Shown in pieces: positions 50,060 to 63,522 of a DNA stretch of 64,000 nt (position 1 is its first letter; every line of letters starts with the position of its first letter). The notes beneath the pieces are model-generated. The model was not told the origin of the DNA, did not search any database, and was given only the letters and a program-made list of their open reading frames with translations. The stretch spans positions 124,622,001-124,686,000 of the forward strand of contig CM059431.1 in the NCBI GenBank assembly GCA_030390025.1, read 5' to 3'. Source of the DNA: Squalus acanthias. Taxonomy: Eukaryota. The position numbers were made by a program, and so were the translations under genes.

Positions 50060-50658
50060 CATAGATTCATAGAATGGTTACAGCATGGAAGAAGGCCATT
50101 CGGCCCTGTCGAGCCCATGCCGACTCTCAGCTAGTCCCACTCCCCTGCCCTTTCCCCGTAGCCCTGCAATTTTTTTTCCTTCAGATAATTATCCAACTCC
50201 CTTTTGAAAGATCAGATTGAGTCTGCCTCCACCACCCTTTCAAGCAGTGCATTCCAAATCTTAACCACTTGCTGTGTAAAAAAGTTTTTTCTTATGTCGC
50301 CTTTGGTTCTTTTGCCAATCACCTTAAATCTGTGTCCTCTGGTTCTCAACCCTTCTGCCAATGGGAACAGTTTCGCTCTATCTACTCTATCCAGATCCCT
50401 CATGATTTTGAACACTTCTATCAAATCTCCTCTCAATCTTCTCTGCTCCAAGGAGAACAACCCAAGCTTCTCCAGTGTATGCACGTAACTGAAGTCCCTC
50501 ATTCCTGGAATCATTCTCATAAATCTTTTCTGCACCCTCTCTAAGGCCTTCACATCCTTCCTAAAGTGTGTTGCCCAGAATTGTGCACAGTACTCCAGTT
50601 AGGGTCTAACCAGTGTTTTATACAGGTTCATCATAATTTCTACACTTCTGTACTCTAT
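50060..50658 (-). mobile_element. CR1 3' fragment
   Basis: ORF 50212-50553 (RRLRGDLIEVFKIM). Confidence 0.85.
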
Positions 50659-50930
50659 GGCCGCGATTTTACCATTGGTGGCGGGTTGGGCGCGGGTCAG
50701 GTGGTCGGTGGGTTCTGATCCTGCCGCCGCTTTCAGCCGGTAAAAATTTGCGACTTTGCCCTAATTGGGCAATTGAGACTCTGCGTGTGCGCTCCCCTGG
50801 CCAATTAGTGTTTTGGGTCTGGAACTCGCTTCTGCTGACATCTGTGAGCCAGCTGCATTTAAGGGGCACCTGCAGCCTTGGTTCATTTTCTCATTATTTG
50901 CTGCTGGATTTCCTTGTTACAACTGCTGCC

Positions 50931-52945
50931 ATGACTACCTCAAAGGCCAAGGCATCTCCCTGATTTGATGATGACTCCCTCCATGCTCTTGTGGAGGGAG
51001 TCAGAGGGCGCAAGGAGGTACTCTTCCCATCCTCTGGGCGGAAGAAGCCACCACAGCAAACAAAAGCAGTCTGGCTGCAAATTGCTCAGGAGGTGAGCTC
51101 CAGATCCATGTGCCCTCGAACCTGGGTGCAGTGCAGAAAAAGGTTCAATGACCTGGTCCGCTTAGGAAAAGTGAGTATAACATCACACTTGGCCTTAATC
51201 TGCTCTCCATCTCCTCTCATCACCAGCACTCTGCATTGTCAACCTACTCCTGCACATCCCGCTTTACCCTTACACCCTTGCACCCTTAACCATCCCTCTC
51301 TCTCTATGTACACTTCACTTCACTATTTGACTATGCTGCCCTCACACTCGCTATCACTGTGATACTATGACAACAACTAACAACACACAGGGAGGGCCCT
51401 TGGTATTGGCACCTCCCTCCATCTTTGTCTCCTTCTAAGCATCTATGCTATGGATTCTCTGCACTCACTCCATCATTCTCACTCAAACTCATTGCAGGAA
51501 AAGAGAGCCCACAATAAGAAGGAGAGGGCTAAGACAGGAGGATGGCCACCTTCCATAGCCCATCTCACCAATGCTGAGGAGGTGGCCCTGGAGATCATTG
51601 GAGGCGATGAGGATGTGGAAGTGGGGGACGGTCAGACGGGTGCAGCAGAGCAAGCTGGTGACAGAATAGATTTGCATCTCTCTCATTTACATTGCATGAG
51701 TGACTGATATGACATCTGATACTCATACAGATTGACTTCTGATCATCTGCACAATTCTATGTGCATGCTACGTTAATATCACATGTCTAACTCATGCCTT
51801 TACTCCCCCACAGGACCATCAACAGCCCCCCTCCCTACTGTCCAGGAGGAACAGCCTGAGCCGCAAGACACCTCAGAGGAAGCTGCAACCTCTGAGGGCA
51901 CAGCGTCAGCAGAATTAAGCACACCCAGCACCAGCGCAGACACTCACACCTCGGTGGGACCTTCAGGAGATAGAGTAGTGTTGTCACCTGGTGTATCACA
52001 GCTCACAAGTGAGCATCAGCAGATGGTGGAGACAGGGGCAGCAGTGGAGAGTCCTCGTTGGAGGGCGCAGGACTCTCCCAGCTCTGCTCAGCTGCATGTT
52101 GACCCTGTGCCTGTGGGTCCATCCAGAAAGAGAGCGGTGCTGGAACTCCAGGAACAAGTGCAGGAGTCTCTGGCAGGTTTTGTCTCCAGGGTTACTACGA
52201 GTGTGGAGAGGATGGAGGAATCCAACTCTAACATGAGCAGTGCCTTTGTGGAGGCAATGGCACATGAACGCATCACCACGGAAAGGATGGCAACCTCCGT
52301 GGAAAGGATGGCTACCTCCGTGGTAAGGATGGCTACCTCCGTGGAAAGGATGGCTACCTCTCTGTGGAAAAGTTAGCTACAGTAGAGGAGAGGATGGCTA
52401 CGGCCATGGAGGAAATAAGTCACCAGAGTCAGGAAAACATGGTGAATGTTCAGAATAGACTGACATGTCTGGAGGAGCGATGGGCAGCTATTGAGCAGAG
52501 AAACCAGAGCTTCATGGAAGTCCTTTTGAGTAGGACTGCCAGTGCAGATACAGGTCCTCATGGCCACCCTGTTGTGCAGCAAGGTGCTGTCAAGCCACTT
52601 GCTAGCACTGAAGTGGGGCTGACCCATGAGAGGGATGTTGGTGGCAGGCAACAAGGAAGTGGGGGCTCCTCTCCAAGCACTCACACTCCCATGCCACTGA
52701 GTAGCTCTCGGTCAGAGCCCCACCAGAGTCCTCACCCAACCGAGATGGGCGTCTCAGCCCCTGCACAGACGCAGGAGGAGCAGACTGTTGCTGAGCCCTC
52801 ACAGGCTCGCAAACCGAGAGGACGCCCGCCAAAGGTGTCGAAGCAAGAACAGCATGAAAGTGAGCAAGGTGCCTCCACATCTGCTGAAGCCACAGGGGAA
52901 GAACCATGTAGAAGCACGCATAAGAGGAAGATAAAGCACAATTAG
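50931..52945 (+). pseudogene. Harbinger Myb/SANT-like DNA-binding protein, 3 exons (50931-51170, 51498-51657, 51814-52945)
   Basis: FDDDSLHALVEGV..WLQIAQEV..RTWVQCRKRFNDL; phase-compatible GT-AG introns; premature TGA at 50961 and frameshift at about 52362. Confidence 0.85.
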
Positions 52946-53209
52946 TTACAAGGGTAGTCACTTGGGTGTTCTGTTCTGTTGTATTTAATTTTTGTCATTG
53001 TAATCCTTTTGTGCATTGATTAAACAGAAGTGATGGCAAACAGTTGAAGTTCTGGCCTATGTGATCTGGGAAATGTAAGTTGCACATTGAGGGCTCAGGG
53101 TGACTTGCATTTGTAATGATGGTGGTCAGAGTGATAGGAACCCACAGGTTCTTGTCCATTGTCCATGGTGTGATAAGAAGGTGCCAGCCACATGTTTTTG
53201 TTCATCTAC

Positions 53210-54436
53210 CTAAGCGAATCTGTCAATGATTAGTGCATCTCTTGCATCCCGGGCAGCAATGTGCTCGCGTGCTGCTGGAACTAGGGCATCCGCCTCTGCA
53301 AGGTCTTCCTCTCCTCCTCCTCCTCCTCCTCATCTGAAGAGGCTATGCGCTGAGCCACTTGTTCCTCAGGCAGCTGCAAGCCATGATGCTGTGCAATGTT
53401 GTGCAGTGCACAGCAGATCACGATGATTCTGGAGACCCTGGCTGCTGAGTACTGCAGGGCTCCACCTGTTCTGTCAAGGCATCTGAATTGCATCTTCAGC
53501 AAGCCGATGGTTTGCTCGATGATGGATCTGGTTGAAATGTGGCTGGCATTGTAGCACTCCTCAGCTTCGTTCGATGGCCTCCTCAACGGCATCATCGGCC
53601 ATTTCTTCAGGGGATAGTCCTTGTCTCCAAGTAGCCATCCGGAAGGTTGTGTTGGTGGATTGAAGAGTGGAGGCACACTAGATTGCCGCAGGATGAACGA
53701 GTCATGACAACTGCCAGGGTACTTTGCGCAAACATGCATAATGTTCTTCCTGTGGTTACACACCAGTTGCACGTTAAGGGTGTGGAAGCCCTTGTGGTTG
53801 ACAAAAACAGCTGGTTTGTGATGGGGTGCCTTAAGGGCCACATGTGTGCAGTCTACGACGTCCTGCACCCTTGGCAAGCCTGCCATATTTGCAAAGGCAA
53901 CCGCACGCGAGGTTACATTTGCTTCATCCGTGGAGAAGTGTATGTAATTGTGCGCCTTTGCAAAGAGGGCATCGGCTACCTGCGTGATCCAAGTGTGTGC
54001 GGCCGACTGGGAGATGCCGCTGATGTCTACTGATGAGCCCTGGAAGGACCCTGAAGCAAAAAAATTGAGGGCAGTGGTGACTTTGACAGCCACTGGTAAG
54101 GAGTGTCCACCCGCTCCTCTGGGCTCCAGGTGTTGGTGCAGCATTGCGCAGATGTCACCAGACTACCTCTCGCGAAAGTCTTAGCCTCCTTTGGCACTGC
54201 TGCTCAGTCATGTTGAGGAAGGTCATCCTCGGCCTGTAAACCCTGTGTTGGGGGTATCTCCCATGGCGAGGTGCAGCCCTGCGCTGATGCCTTCTGCCCT
54301 GTGCACCATCAGGTAGCTGAGCAGGAGGTTGGCGCTCCTGCTGTTGGTGCTGCTGTTGTGCCTGGCTCTGCTGCTGCCGCGGCTGCTCTTCTTCCGAATC
54401 TGAGGACCAGGATGAAAGGAAATAAATGGTTCCCAT
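53210..54436 (-). pseudogene. Harbinger (HARBI1-like) DDE transposase, frameshifted at about 54158 and about 53310
   Basis: [54 protein letters not shown] motifs. Confidence 0.93.
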
Positions 54437-54885
54437 GCTGCTGGTAGATATCTCAGTTGAGGAAGCGCTCAGTCAATGTGGGGTGAGGGTTTTCCCAGGT
54501 GATCACAGTGGAGATGGATCTCAGCTTCACCATTTCTAGGATCAGTAGACCTGCAAAAAGTTTTCCAAGACCAGAAAAAACAAAGTTCAGCCATCTGCAA
54601 CTGAGCCTTGTTGAGAGCTCCGTTTTTATGCTGGAGCTGCAGCTGTGAAGAAGGCAGCTACTTGTGAACCCGGTACAATCAGCTGGCGAGTTTTGGGAAC
54701 GGCGTGGAACATGCAGAAAAAGTGGCAAAATGTAAAACCGCTGTCAAAATAGTATTATCCAGGCAGTTAACAAGCCTTAAGGGCCTATCCCGCTGCTTGG
54801 TGGCAGGACCGATCGGGTGTCTGGGAGGCTGCCTTTGGGAAATTTGCACGGAGGCAGGTTGACAGCGGGATCGGAACCCGCTTTA

Positions 54886-56310
54886 TGACAGATCCCCTGC
54901 ATCCCCAGGAGATGGGCCTCTGCGGGTGGAGAGTTGCGCTATTTGCACAACTTCCGCCCGCTGAATGCCTGTCAAATTCTTACGCATGGTAAAAGCAGGC
55001 ATAAGGCCTGCTTTTACCAGCATAAGAGTTTTAAAAAATAGAAAAATAAAATGTTATCACTCATTTATAAATTAAAAATACACTTCAATAAGGTAAGTTT
55101 ATTTTTAGCCCCATAAAATCATATAGGCCCTGAATTTCCGATCGGAGGCTTCCAGTGTGAGGATGCCTCCGATCGGAAAAAATCTACGCACTTACCTGCT
55201 GGCTCCATAGGGCCCGAGACTTCCGATCCTGGGCCTCTCCACTACGAAATGCACAGAGGCACAGGTATCCCAGGGGCGCAAGCAGTTCGCAAGCGTCCCT
55301 GGGATCACGTGGGCCATGGGAACCCAATCAAAGAAGGGAATCCCCCTTCACACTTTTGACAGGTCTCTGCACACAGAACTGTCAAAAGTACGTACACTGC
55401 CCTCTGTGGCAATGAGTTCCACAGGTTCACCACCCTCTGAGTGAAATGGGGATCACTTAAAAAATGCAGTTAAACATTAAATACATTTAAAAAAACATCA
55501 CATATTTAAAATTAGTTAAAATTACATTAAATTAAATATTTTAAACAAAAATTAAATTTTTTGAAAAAAATAATTAAAGTTTTTTATGGGGCTAAAAATA
55601 AACTTACCTTTTTTAAAAGTATTTTAAAATTATAAATGAGAGAATATTTTTTTTAACTTCTTATGCTGGTAAAAGCAGGCCTTATGCCTGCTTTTACCAG
55701 GTGTAAGATTTTTTAAGGCTTTCAGCGGGCGGAAGTTGTGCAGAAATCGGAACTCTCCACCCGCGGAGGCCCTTCTCCAGAGCAGGCAGAGGATCTGTCA
55801 AGAGATTTCTTGACAGATCACAAGTGCCGGGTTTTAGCACATGCGATTTGCATGCCTGAAACCGACACTTGTGAAGCCCCTATTGTTGCGTACACACCTC
55901 GTACACACCCGTGGGGGTCAGAAAATCAGTCCCATTATTTTTTTTTTCAAAAGATTTAATTTTTGTTTAAAATATTTAATGAAATGGCTCTTTAATTAAT
56001 TTAAAATATGTAATAAAAAAAATGTATTTCATGTGTGGTGCTTTTTTAAGTGATCCCCATTCATACTTATGGGAGTTTCGTACGTACGGAACTCCAATAA
56101 GTATGAATGGGGATCCCCTTCTTTTATTGGTTGGGCCGGCCCATGTGATCCCAGGGGGGCCTACGAACCGCCTGCGCCCTGGGATACGTGAGCCTCTGCC
56201 CGCGCGTACCCGAGAGGCCCAGGATCTCAAGCCTCCATATCTCCTGGGCCACCAGGTAAATGCTAAGATTTTTTGCAGGCCGGAAGCCTCCGATCGCAAA
56301 TGTTGGCCCT
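54886..56310. mobile_element. Cluster of nested AT-centred Harbinger-type MITEs related to 32794-33444
   Basis: Shared blocks (GCGTCCCTGGGATCACGTGGGCCATGGG, CCTTA.GC.TGCTTTTACCAG) and internal inverted repeats. Confidence 0.6.
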
Positions 56311-57194
56311 TTATGTTTAATCTAACATAGTGGGTGTTGAATCTTTACTTTACAATAACATAATAAAAGTTATATATGAGTGACAAAGAAATATTTCAAT
56401 AATATTATCATTAAGTAATATGACTCAGTCTACAAATACGATCAGGAACATAATTAAAAAAGTACATTAATTGTGAAATTATTGGTGCAGTAGTCACAAA
56501 TCCATCGACTTTTGTATCAGTAACTGGTACAAATAAAAGATGTGTGTGTATAGGTAATTCATAAAATTAAGCAGATTTTAAATGTAATTGCAAATGGGTG
56601 AATTTACAATCTTATGCAAGTTTAGCGGAAGAGGTGCGAAATCCCTGACAGTGTAAGTGGTGCTTACAATGTGTTTCTGGGATTTCTGCAGCTCTCCTGT
56701 TGAAATTAACAATGGACAAGTGAGAGAAACTCCACAGAAATTCACCCTAAAATCTCAGACTGAAAAATGTAATTAGTTATATTCAGGGACTGAAAGCAAA
56801 TTGAACCAATGGAATGAGTGATGAGAATGAAATTGTTACGGTTGATGACTTGATTTAATGTATAACTGAACAATCACAGTATACTGTGAGAAAACCCTGA
56901 CCAGAAACAACACACAACTTTATTTAAATGGTATATGTCATTTTTTATAGTGCAGATCAAGTCACTGCAATTACTGTTCAGTTGGAAGGCAACAGCCGAG
57001 AATGGACAGTGAAAAATTAACATTTACCAGTAGCTTTTCAAGTAAACAGAATCTCCATCAATCTGTTAGCTGATGCAATCACCATGTTTTTATTTTGGTT
57101 TGTTATTCACGCTGTCAATTAATCAGCTGGAGCAATGCCCACGGAACTCCCGCCTCAGTTTGACAAACGTGGTTCCCGAGCTGTGTGATGACAT

Positions 57195-60100
57195 TTTTTT
57201 TATTGATTCATGGGATGTGGGCATCGCTGGCAAGGCCAGCATTTATTGCACATCCCTAATTGCACTTGAGACACTGGTGGTGAGCCGCCTTCTTGAACTG
57301 CTGCAGTCCGTGTGGTGAAGGTACTCCCACAGCACTGTTAGGGAGGGAGTTCCAGGATTTTGACCCAGCGACGATGATGGATTGGCGATATACTTCTAAG
57401 TTGGGATGGTGTGTGACTTGGAGGGGAACTTGGAGGTGGTGGTGTTCCCATGCGCCTGCTGCCCTTGTCCTTCGAGGTGGAAGAGGTCGTGGATTTGAGA
57501 GGTGCTGCCGAAGAAGCCTTGGCGAGTTGCTGCAGTGCATCTTGTAGATGGTACACACTGCAGCCACGGTACGCCGGTGGTAGAGGGAGTGAATATTTAA
57601 GGTGGTGGATGGGGTGCCAATCAAGCTGGCTGCTTTGTCCTGGATGGTGTCGAGCTTCTTCTGTGTTGTTGGAGCTGCACTCATCCAGGCAAGTGGAGAG
57701 TATTCCATCACACTCCTTACTTGTGCCTTGTAGATGGTGGAAAGGCTTTGGGGACTCCGGTGGTGAGACACTCGCCACAGAATACCTAGCATTTGACCTG
57801 TTCTTGTTGCCACAGTATTTATGTGGCTGGTCCAGTTAAGTTTCTGGTCAATGGTGACCCCCCAGGATGTTGATGGTGGGGGATTCGGCGATTGTAATGC
57901 CGTTGAATGTCAAGGGGTGGTGGTTAGACTCTCGTGTGTTGGAGATAGTCATTGCGTGGCACTTCTGTGGCGCGAGTGTTAACTGCCACTTATCAGCCCA
58001 AGTCCGAACGTCGTCCAGGTCTTGTTGCATGCGAGCATGGACTGCTTCATTATCTGAGGAGTTGTGAATGGCACTGAACACTGTGCAGTCAGCAGCGAAC
58101 ATCCCCATTTCTGACCTTATGTTGGAAGGAAGGTCACTGATGAAGCAGCTGAAGATGGTTGGGCCTAGGACACTGCCCTGAGGAACTCCTGCAGCGATGT
58201 CCTGGGGCTGTGATGATTGACCTTCAATCACCACAACCATCTTCCTTTGTGCTAGTTATGACTCCAGCCAGTGGAGAGCTTTACCCCTGATTCCCATTGA
58301 CTTCAGTTTTACTAGGACTCCTTGATGCCACACTCGGTCAAATGCTGCCTTCATGTCAAGGGCAGTCACTCTCACCTCACCTCTGGAATTCAACTCCTTT
58401 ATCCCTGTTTGGATCAAGGCTGTAATGAAGTCGTGAGCCGAGTGGTCTTAGTGGAATTCAAACTGGGCATCAGTGAGCAGGTTATTGGTGAGTAAGTTCC
58501 GCTTGATAGCACTGTCGATGACACCTTCCATCACTTTGATGATGATTGAGAGTAGACTGATGGGGCGGTAATTGGCCGGATTGGATTTGTCCTGCTTTTT
58601 GTGGACAGGACATACCTGGGCAGTTTTCCACATTGTTGGATAAATGCCAGTGTTGTATCTGTACTGGAACAGCTTGGCTAGAGGCGCGGCTAGTTCTGGA
58701 GCACAAGTCTTCAGCACGATAGCTGGGATGTTGTCAGGGCCCATAGCCTTTGCTGTATCCAGTGTGTTCAGCCGTTTCTTGATATCACGTGGAGTGAATC
58801 GAATTGGCTGAAGACTGGCTTCTGTGATGGTGGGGACCTCAGGAGTAGGCCGATATGGATCATCCACTCGGCATTTCTGGCTGAAGATGCTTGCAAACGC
58901 TTCAGCCTTGTCTTTTGCACTCACGTGTTGGGCTCGACCATCATTGAGGATGGGGATATTCATGGAGCCTCCTCCTCCCCTTAGTTGTTTAATGGTCCAC
59001 CAGCATTCATGACTGGATGTGGCAGGACTGCAGAGCTTTGATCTGATCCGTTGATTGTGGGATTGCTTAGCCCTGTCTATAGCATGCTGCTTCCGCTTTT
59101 TAGCATGCATGTAGTCCTGTGTTGCAGCTTCCCCAGGTTGGCACCTCATTTTTAGGTACGCCTGGTGCTGCTCCTACCATGCTCTTCTACACTCATTATT
59201 GAACCAGGGTTGGTCCCCTGGTTTGATGGTAATGGTAGATTGAGGGATATTCCAGGCCATGAGTTTACAGTTTGTGGTGGAATACTATTCTACTGCTGCT
59301 GATGGCCCACAGCTCCTCATGGATGCCCAGTTTTGAGCTGCTAGATCTGTTCTGAGTCTATCCCATTTAGCACGGTGGTAGTGCCACACAAGACAATGGA
59401 CGGTGTCCTCAGTGTGAATACGGGTTTTCGTCTCCACCATGACTGTGCGGTGGTCACTGCTACCAATACTGTCGTGGACAGATGCATCTGCGACAGGTAG
59501 ATTGGTAGGGCGAGGTCAAGTAGGTTTTTCCCTTGTGTTGGTTCTCTCACCACCTGTCTCAGACTGGCTGCTATTTCCTTCAGGACTCAGCTGGCTTGGT
59601 CATTAGTGGTGCTACCGAGCCACTCTTGGTGATGGACATTGAAGTCCCCTACCCAGAGTATATTCTGTGCCCTTACTACTCTCAGTGCTTCTTCTATGTT
59701 ATGTTCAACATGGAGGAGTACTGATTCATCAGCTCAGGGAGGGCGGTAGCTGGTAATCAGGAGGTGGTTTCTTTGCCCATGCTTGACCTGAAGCCATGAG
59801 ACTTCATGAGGTCCAGATTCAATATTAACAACTCCCAGGGCCACTCCTTGCCGACTGCATACCACTGTGCTGCCACCCCTGGTGGTTCTGTCCTGCCGGT
59901 GGGACAGGACATACCCAGGGATGGTAATGGAAGAGTTTGGGACATTGACTGAAAGGTATGATTCTGTGTGTATGACTATATCAGGCTGTTGCTTGACTAG
60001 TCTGTGGGACAGCTCTCCCAGTTTTGGCACAGATGTTGGTGAGGAGGACTTTGCAGGGTCGACTGGGCTGGGTGTGCCGTTGCCATGTCCATAGCCAGTG

Positions 60101-60455
60101 CCGAGGTCGATGCTGCGTGTTTCGTCCGGTTTCATTCTTAATATTGTGTTTCAAAGCAGTTTGTTTCAACTTAGTGGCTTGCTAGGCCATTTCAGAGGGC
60201 AGTTAAGAGTCAACCACGTGTCTTTGGGTCTGGAGTCACATATAGGCCAGACCAGTTAAGGATGGCAAATTTCCTTCCCTAAAGGACATCAGTGAACCAG
60301 ATGGGTTTTGACGACAATCCGATCATACTAGCTTTTTATTCCAGATTTATTTAATTAACTGAATTTAAATTCCCCAGCTCCCGTGAATTCACATCTCTGG
60401 ATCATTAGTCCAGGCCTCTGGATTACTAGCCCAGTGACATTGCCACTATGCACCC
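57195..60455 (-). mobile_element. Full-length single-ORF APE+RT LINE with SINE-like 5' head
   Basis: ORFs 59734-60135, 58448-59149, 57848-58240 and 57256-57813 are colinear with 27745-30779. Confidence 0.88.
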
Positions 60456-60461
60456 GTTCCC

Positions 60462-61359
60462 TGTGACTGCACAGTGTTCAGTGCCATTCACAAATCCCCA
60501 GATAATGAAGCAGTCCATGCCTGCATGCAAAAAGAACTGGACAACATTCAGGCTTGGGCTGATAAGTGGCAGGTAATATTCGGGCCAAACAATTGCCAGG
60601 CAGTGACTATATTCAACAAGCGAGAGTCTTACCACCGCCCCTTGACATTCAACGGCATTACCATCGCTGAATCTCCTATAAGCAACATCCTGGGGGTCAC
60701 CACTGACCAGAAACTTAACTGGACCAGCCACATAAATACTGTGGCAACAAGAGCTGGTCAGAGGCTAGGTTTTCTGTGGCGAGTGTCTCACCTCCTGACT
60801 CCCCAAAGCCTTCCCACCATCTACAAGGCACAAGTCAGGAGTGTGATGGAATACTCTCCACTTGCCTGGATGAGTGCAGCTCCAACAACACTCATGAAGC
60901 TCGACACCATCCAGGACAAAGCAGCCCGCTTGATTGGCACCCCATCCACCACCTTAAACATTCAATCCCTCCATCACTGGTGTACTGTGGCTGCAGTGTG
61001 GACCATGTACAAGATGCACTGCAGCAACTCGCCAAGGCTTCTTTGGCAGCACCTCTCAAACTCGCAACCCCTTCCACCTAGAAGGACAAGGGCAGCAGGC
61101 GCATAGGAACACCACCACCTCCAAGTTCCCTTCCAAGTCACACACCATCCTGACTTAGAAGTATATCACCGATCCTTGATCGTCGCTGGGTCAAAATCCT
61201 GGAACTCCCTACCTAACAGCACTGTGGGAGTACCATCACCACACGGACTGCAGCAGTTCAAGTAGGCGGCTCACCACACCTTTTCAAGGGGCAACTAGGG
61301 ATGGGCAATAAATGCTGGCCTTGCCAGCGATGCCCAAATCCCATAAAGGAATAAAAGAA
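60462..61359 (+). mobile_element. 5'-truncated copy of the same LINE family, head-to-head with the previous one
   Basis: ORF 60474-61106; same 3' end motif at about 61297-61330. Confidence 0.88.
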
Positions 61360-61779
61360 AATCCCGTGGCCATGAAGGGAAATTTAAAAAGTTGGGGGAA
61401 AAAGGCTCTTAAGTGCCTGTAAAATAGCTCATAATGATTTCAATTGGGTCCCCCGCCGCTGCAGGTCGGGTCGGCTCCACGGTGTCAGACCCGCTGTCAA
61501 AAAACATAACTTTCCCATCCCACCCGCCACCGATCGCACCTGCTACCACCACGGATAATTCAGCCCTATATCTTGATTCCTGTCTATTTGAATTTGAGAA
61601 AGAAAACTGTTTGATGAATGGTTTATTTAGAGACTTCCACGGTCTCTAAATTGTTAGACTGCTTGTCCAACATCCAGTTCTGGATGAGCAGAAATTTTCT
61701 CCAATTAAATATTGGGAAGACCGAAGCCATTGTTTTTGGTCCCCGTCACAGACTCGGTTCCCTCGCCACTGACTACATC

Positions 61780-63518
61780 TGTAAAGTTTCGCAATTATCG
61801 CGATTCAAAACAACAAGATAGAAGCAGATTCGTTTGATCAGTTTATTTAAACAAAATGCTGTCATGATTAAAAAGGACACAGAAGCCTGTAAAATGGCCG
61901 CCGCGCATCGTGGCAGAAGCTTCCAGAATTACAGTGGGCAGACAAGATGGCGTTCGAATAAACATTTCAATATAAGATGGGATCATACTCGATAAACACT
62001 GATAAAGACAGGATGCAACCTGTTTGCATTTGTGACAATAGCAAAAGATATGAGTGCTGGAATCGTTTTCCATGCACAAGTAAGGACCATTGTACTGGGC
62101 AATCGAAGGCCCATCCAGACACATCAATACACAAATACCCCCACGGCTCTACAATGAGAGAGACATCGACGGGTGATTAAGCAAGCATTCGGGGGCCCCC
62201 AAAACCCAGCCAGGGGAGGCTCCTAGCCGGTTCAACAATAGGGAAAACATTAACGGGTAGTTGGCCAGTTTCAGGTGCTACCGAAACCCGTTAAGGAAAG
62301 AATCGCCCCATGCTGGGAGTTTTGAGTGCCAATATTATACAAAGGACAAACATTAAGATTTGGGTGGGAGATAAGGGAACACAGCACTATAACTATAGTG
62401 AACAAATGTCCATCGCTCTTATTCTCTTATCTCGCTGCTGACTGCTGAGGGTTTATTCTCTTATTCCCTTGATTCGACTCCTGACACGCTCGATCGCGGG
62501 CTGAAGCTCTTCTCTAGGGCTGGACTCTGTTGACTCTGGACTTTTAGCCGTACTGGACGGTTATTTGAATGTTAGGTGGAGCTCAATCGGAATGAGCCGC
62601 CTCGACAAGGGCAAGTGACCGGGTGCACCATCCCGAGAGTCGGTAAACGGTGTCTGGACCCGAAGGCCCAACAAGACAAGACGAAATGACAAGAAAAGAA
62701 GAATCCACGTGCCGCCGCGGTCAGTAAACCCCGACCGCGCCCGAAAATATAGGACCCACTTCTTGAATTCTACAGGTTATTGCACGAACCGGTTTTTGGG
62801 TCCATCGAACTCCTCACAACAACAAGAAAGACTCTTCTTTGAATTCTACCGACAACTGGTGTCGGTACAGGAAGACTTTTCTTTGAGTTCTACAGCCGGG
62901 CCCGAGTTCTGTCGAGTTCTTCATGACAACGGGGAGCCCGGCCTGCTTGCCGCAGCAGCGAAGATAAACAAGTGGGGCACAGAGACCCCTCCAAACACGT
63001 GACAGTCAGGCGCTGCAGCGAAACGAGCCGAGTGCCTGACTTTAAAATTCTCTGAAGTATCACGAGTGGTGAGCATGTTTCCCGATCCTACAAATCTAGA
63101 TGTAGTGTAGGTATTGATAGGGGAGGGTGGTTTTATTAAGGATAAAGTATAATATGTTCCCCTTTTTACGATGTGCCGTGCGTTCTTCATTACCATAGAC
63201 CAAGCTTTATGAATGTATGTATACTTGTACTCTCGTTAATTTGCACCTATGACATGTACTTCATGATTTTGGAAGCTATGCAATAAAGATTTCCATTTCG
63301 TACTATTCAACCGGGTCTATTTGAGTTTTTCTCTGCATTACTGCTCTCGCACGTAAGTCCAGTGTTAGAACCGTAAGGGCGAGGGGGTCGAACCACTCAC
63401 AGGTGCTTATTGCAGCAAGGCTGGCCGGAGACCAGAGCAAGCAATAGCATTAGACAACGAAGGCCCAACCTCGCACCAGCACCGTCTGTGATACAAGCAC
63501 GCCAAAAAAACCCTGACA
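61780..63518 (+). repeat. 5' LTR (1739 bp) of a second provirus of the same group, inserted in an L2 fragment
   Basis: TGTAAAG...CCTGACA; revcomp homologue of 19181-21721; AATAAA at 63282; followed by PBS and gag. Predicted TSD CATC. Confidence 0.92.
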
Positions 63519-63522
63519 GAAA

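Larger units (their letters stand above)
50659..54885. mobile_element. Formerly autonomous PIF/Harbinger transposon (convergent Myb/SANT gene and transposase); right TIR not found
   Basis: Left end GGCCGCGATTTT after TAT; two convergent genes typical of Harbinger. Confidence 0.9.

Noticed and set aside
53210..54436. Domesticated HARBI1 host gene
   Set aside because: Frameshifted, paired with a Myb gene and flanked by a TIR: a transposon copy.
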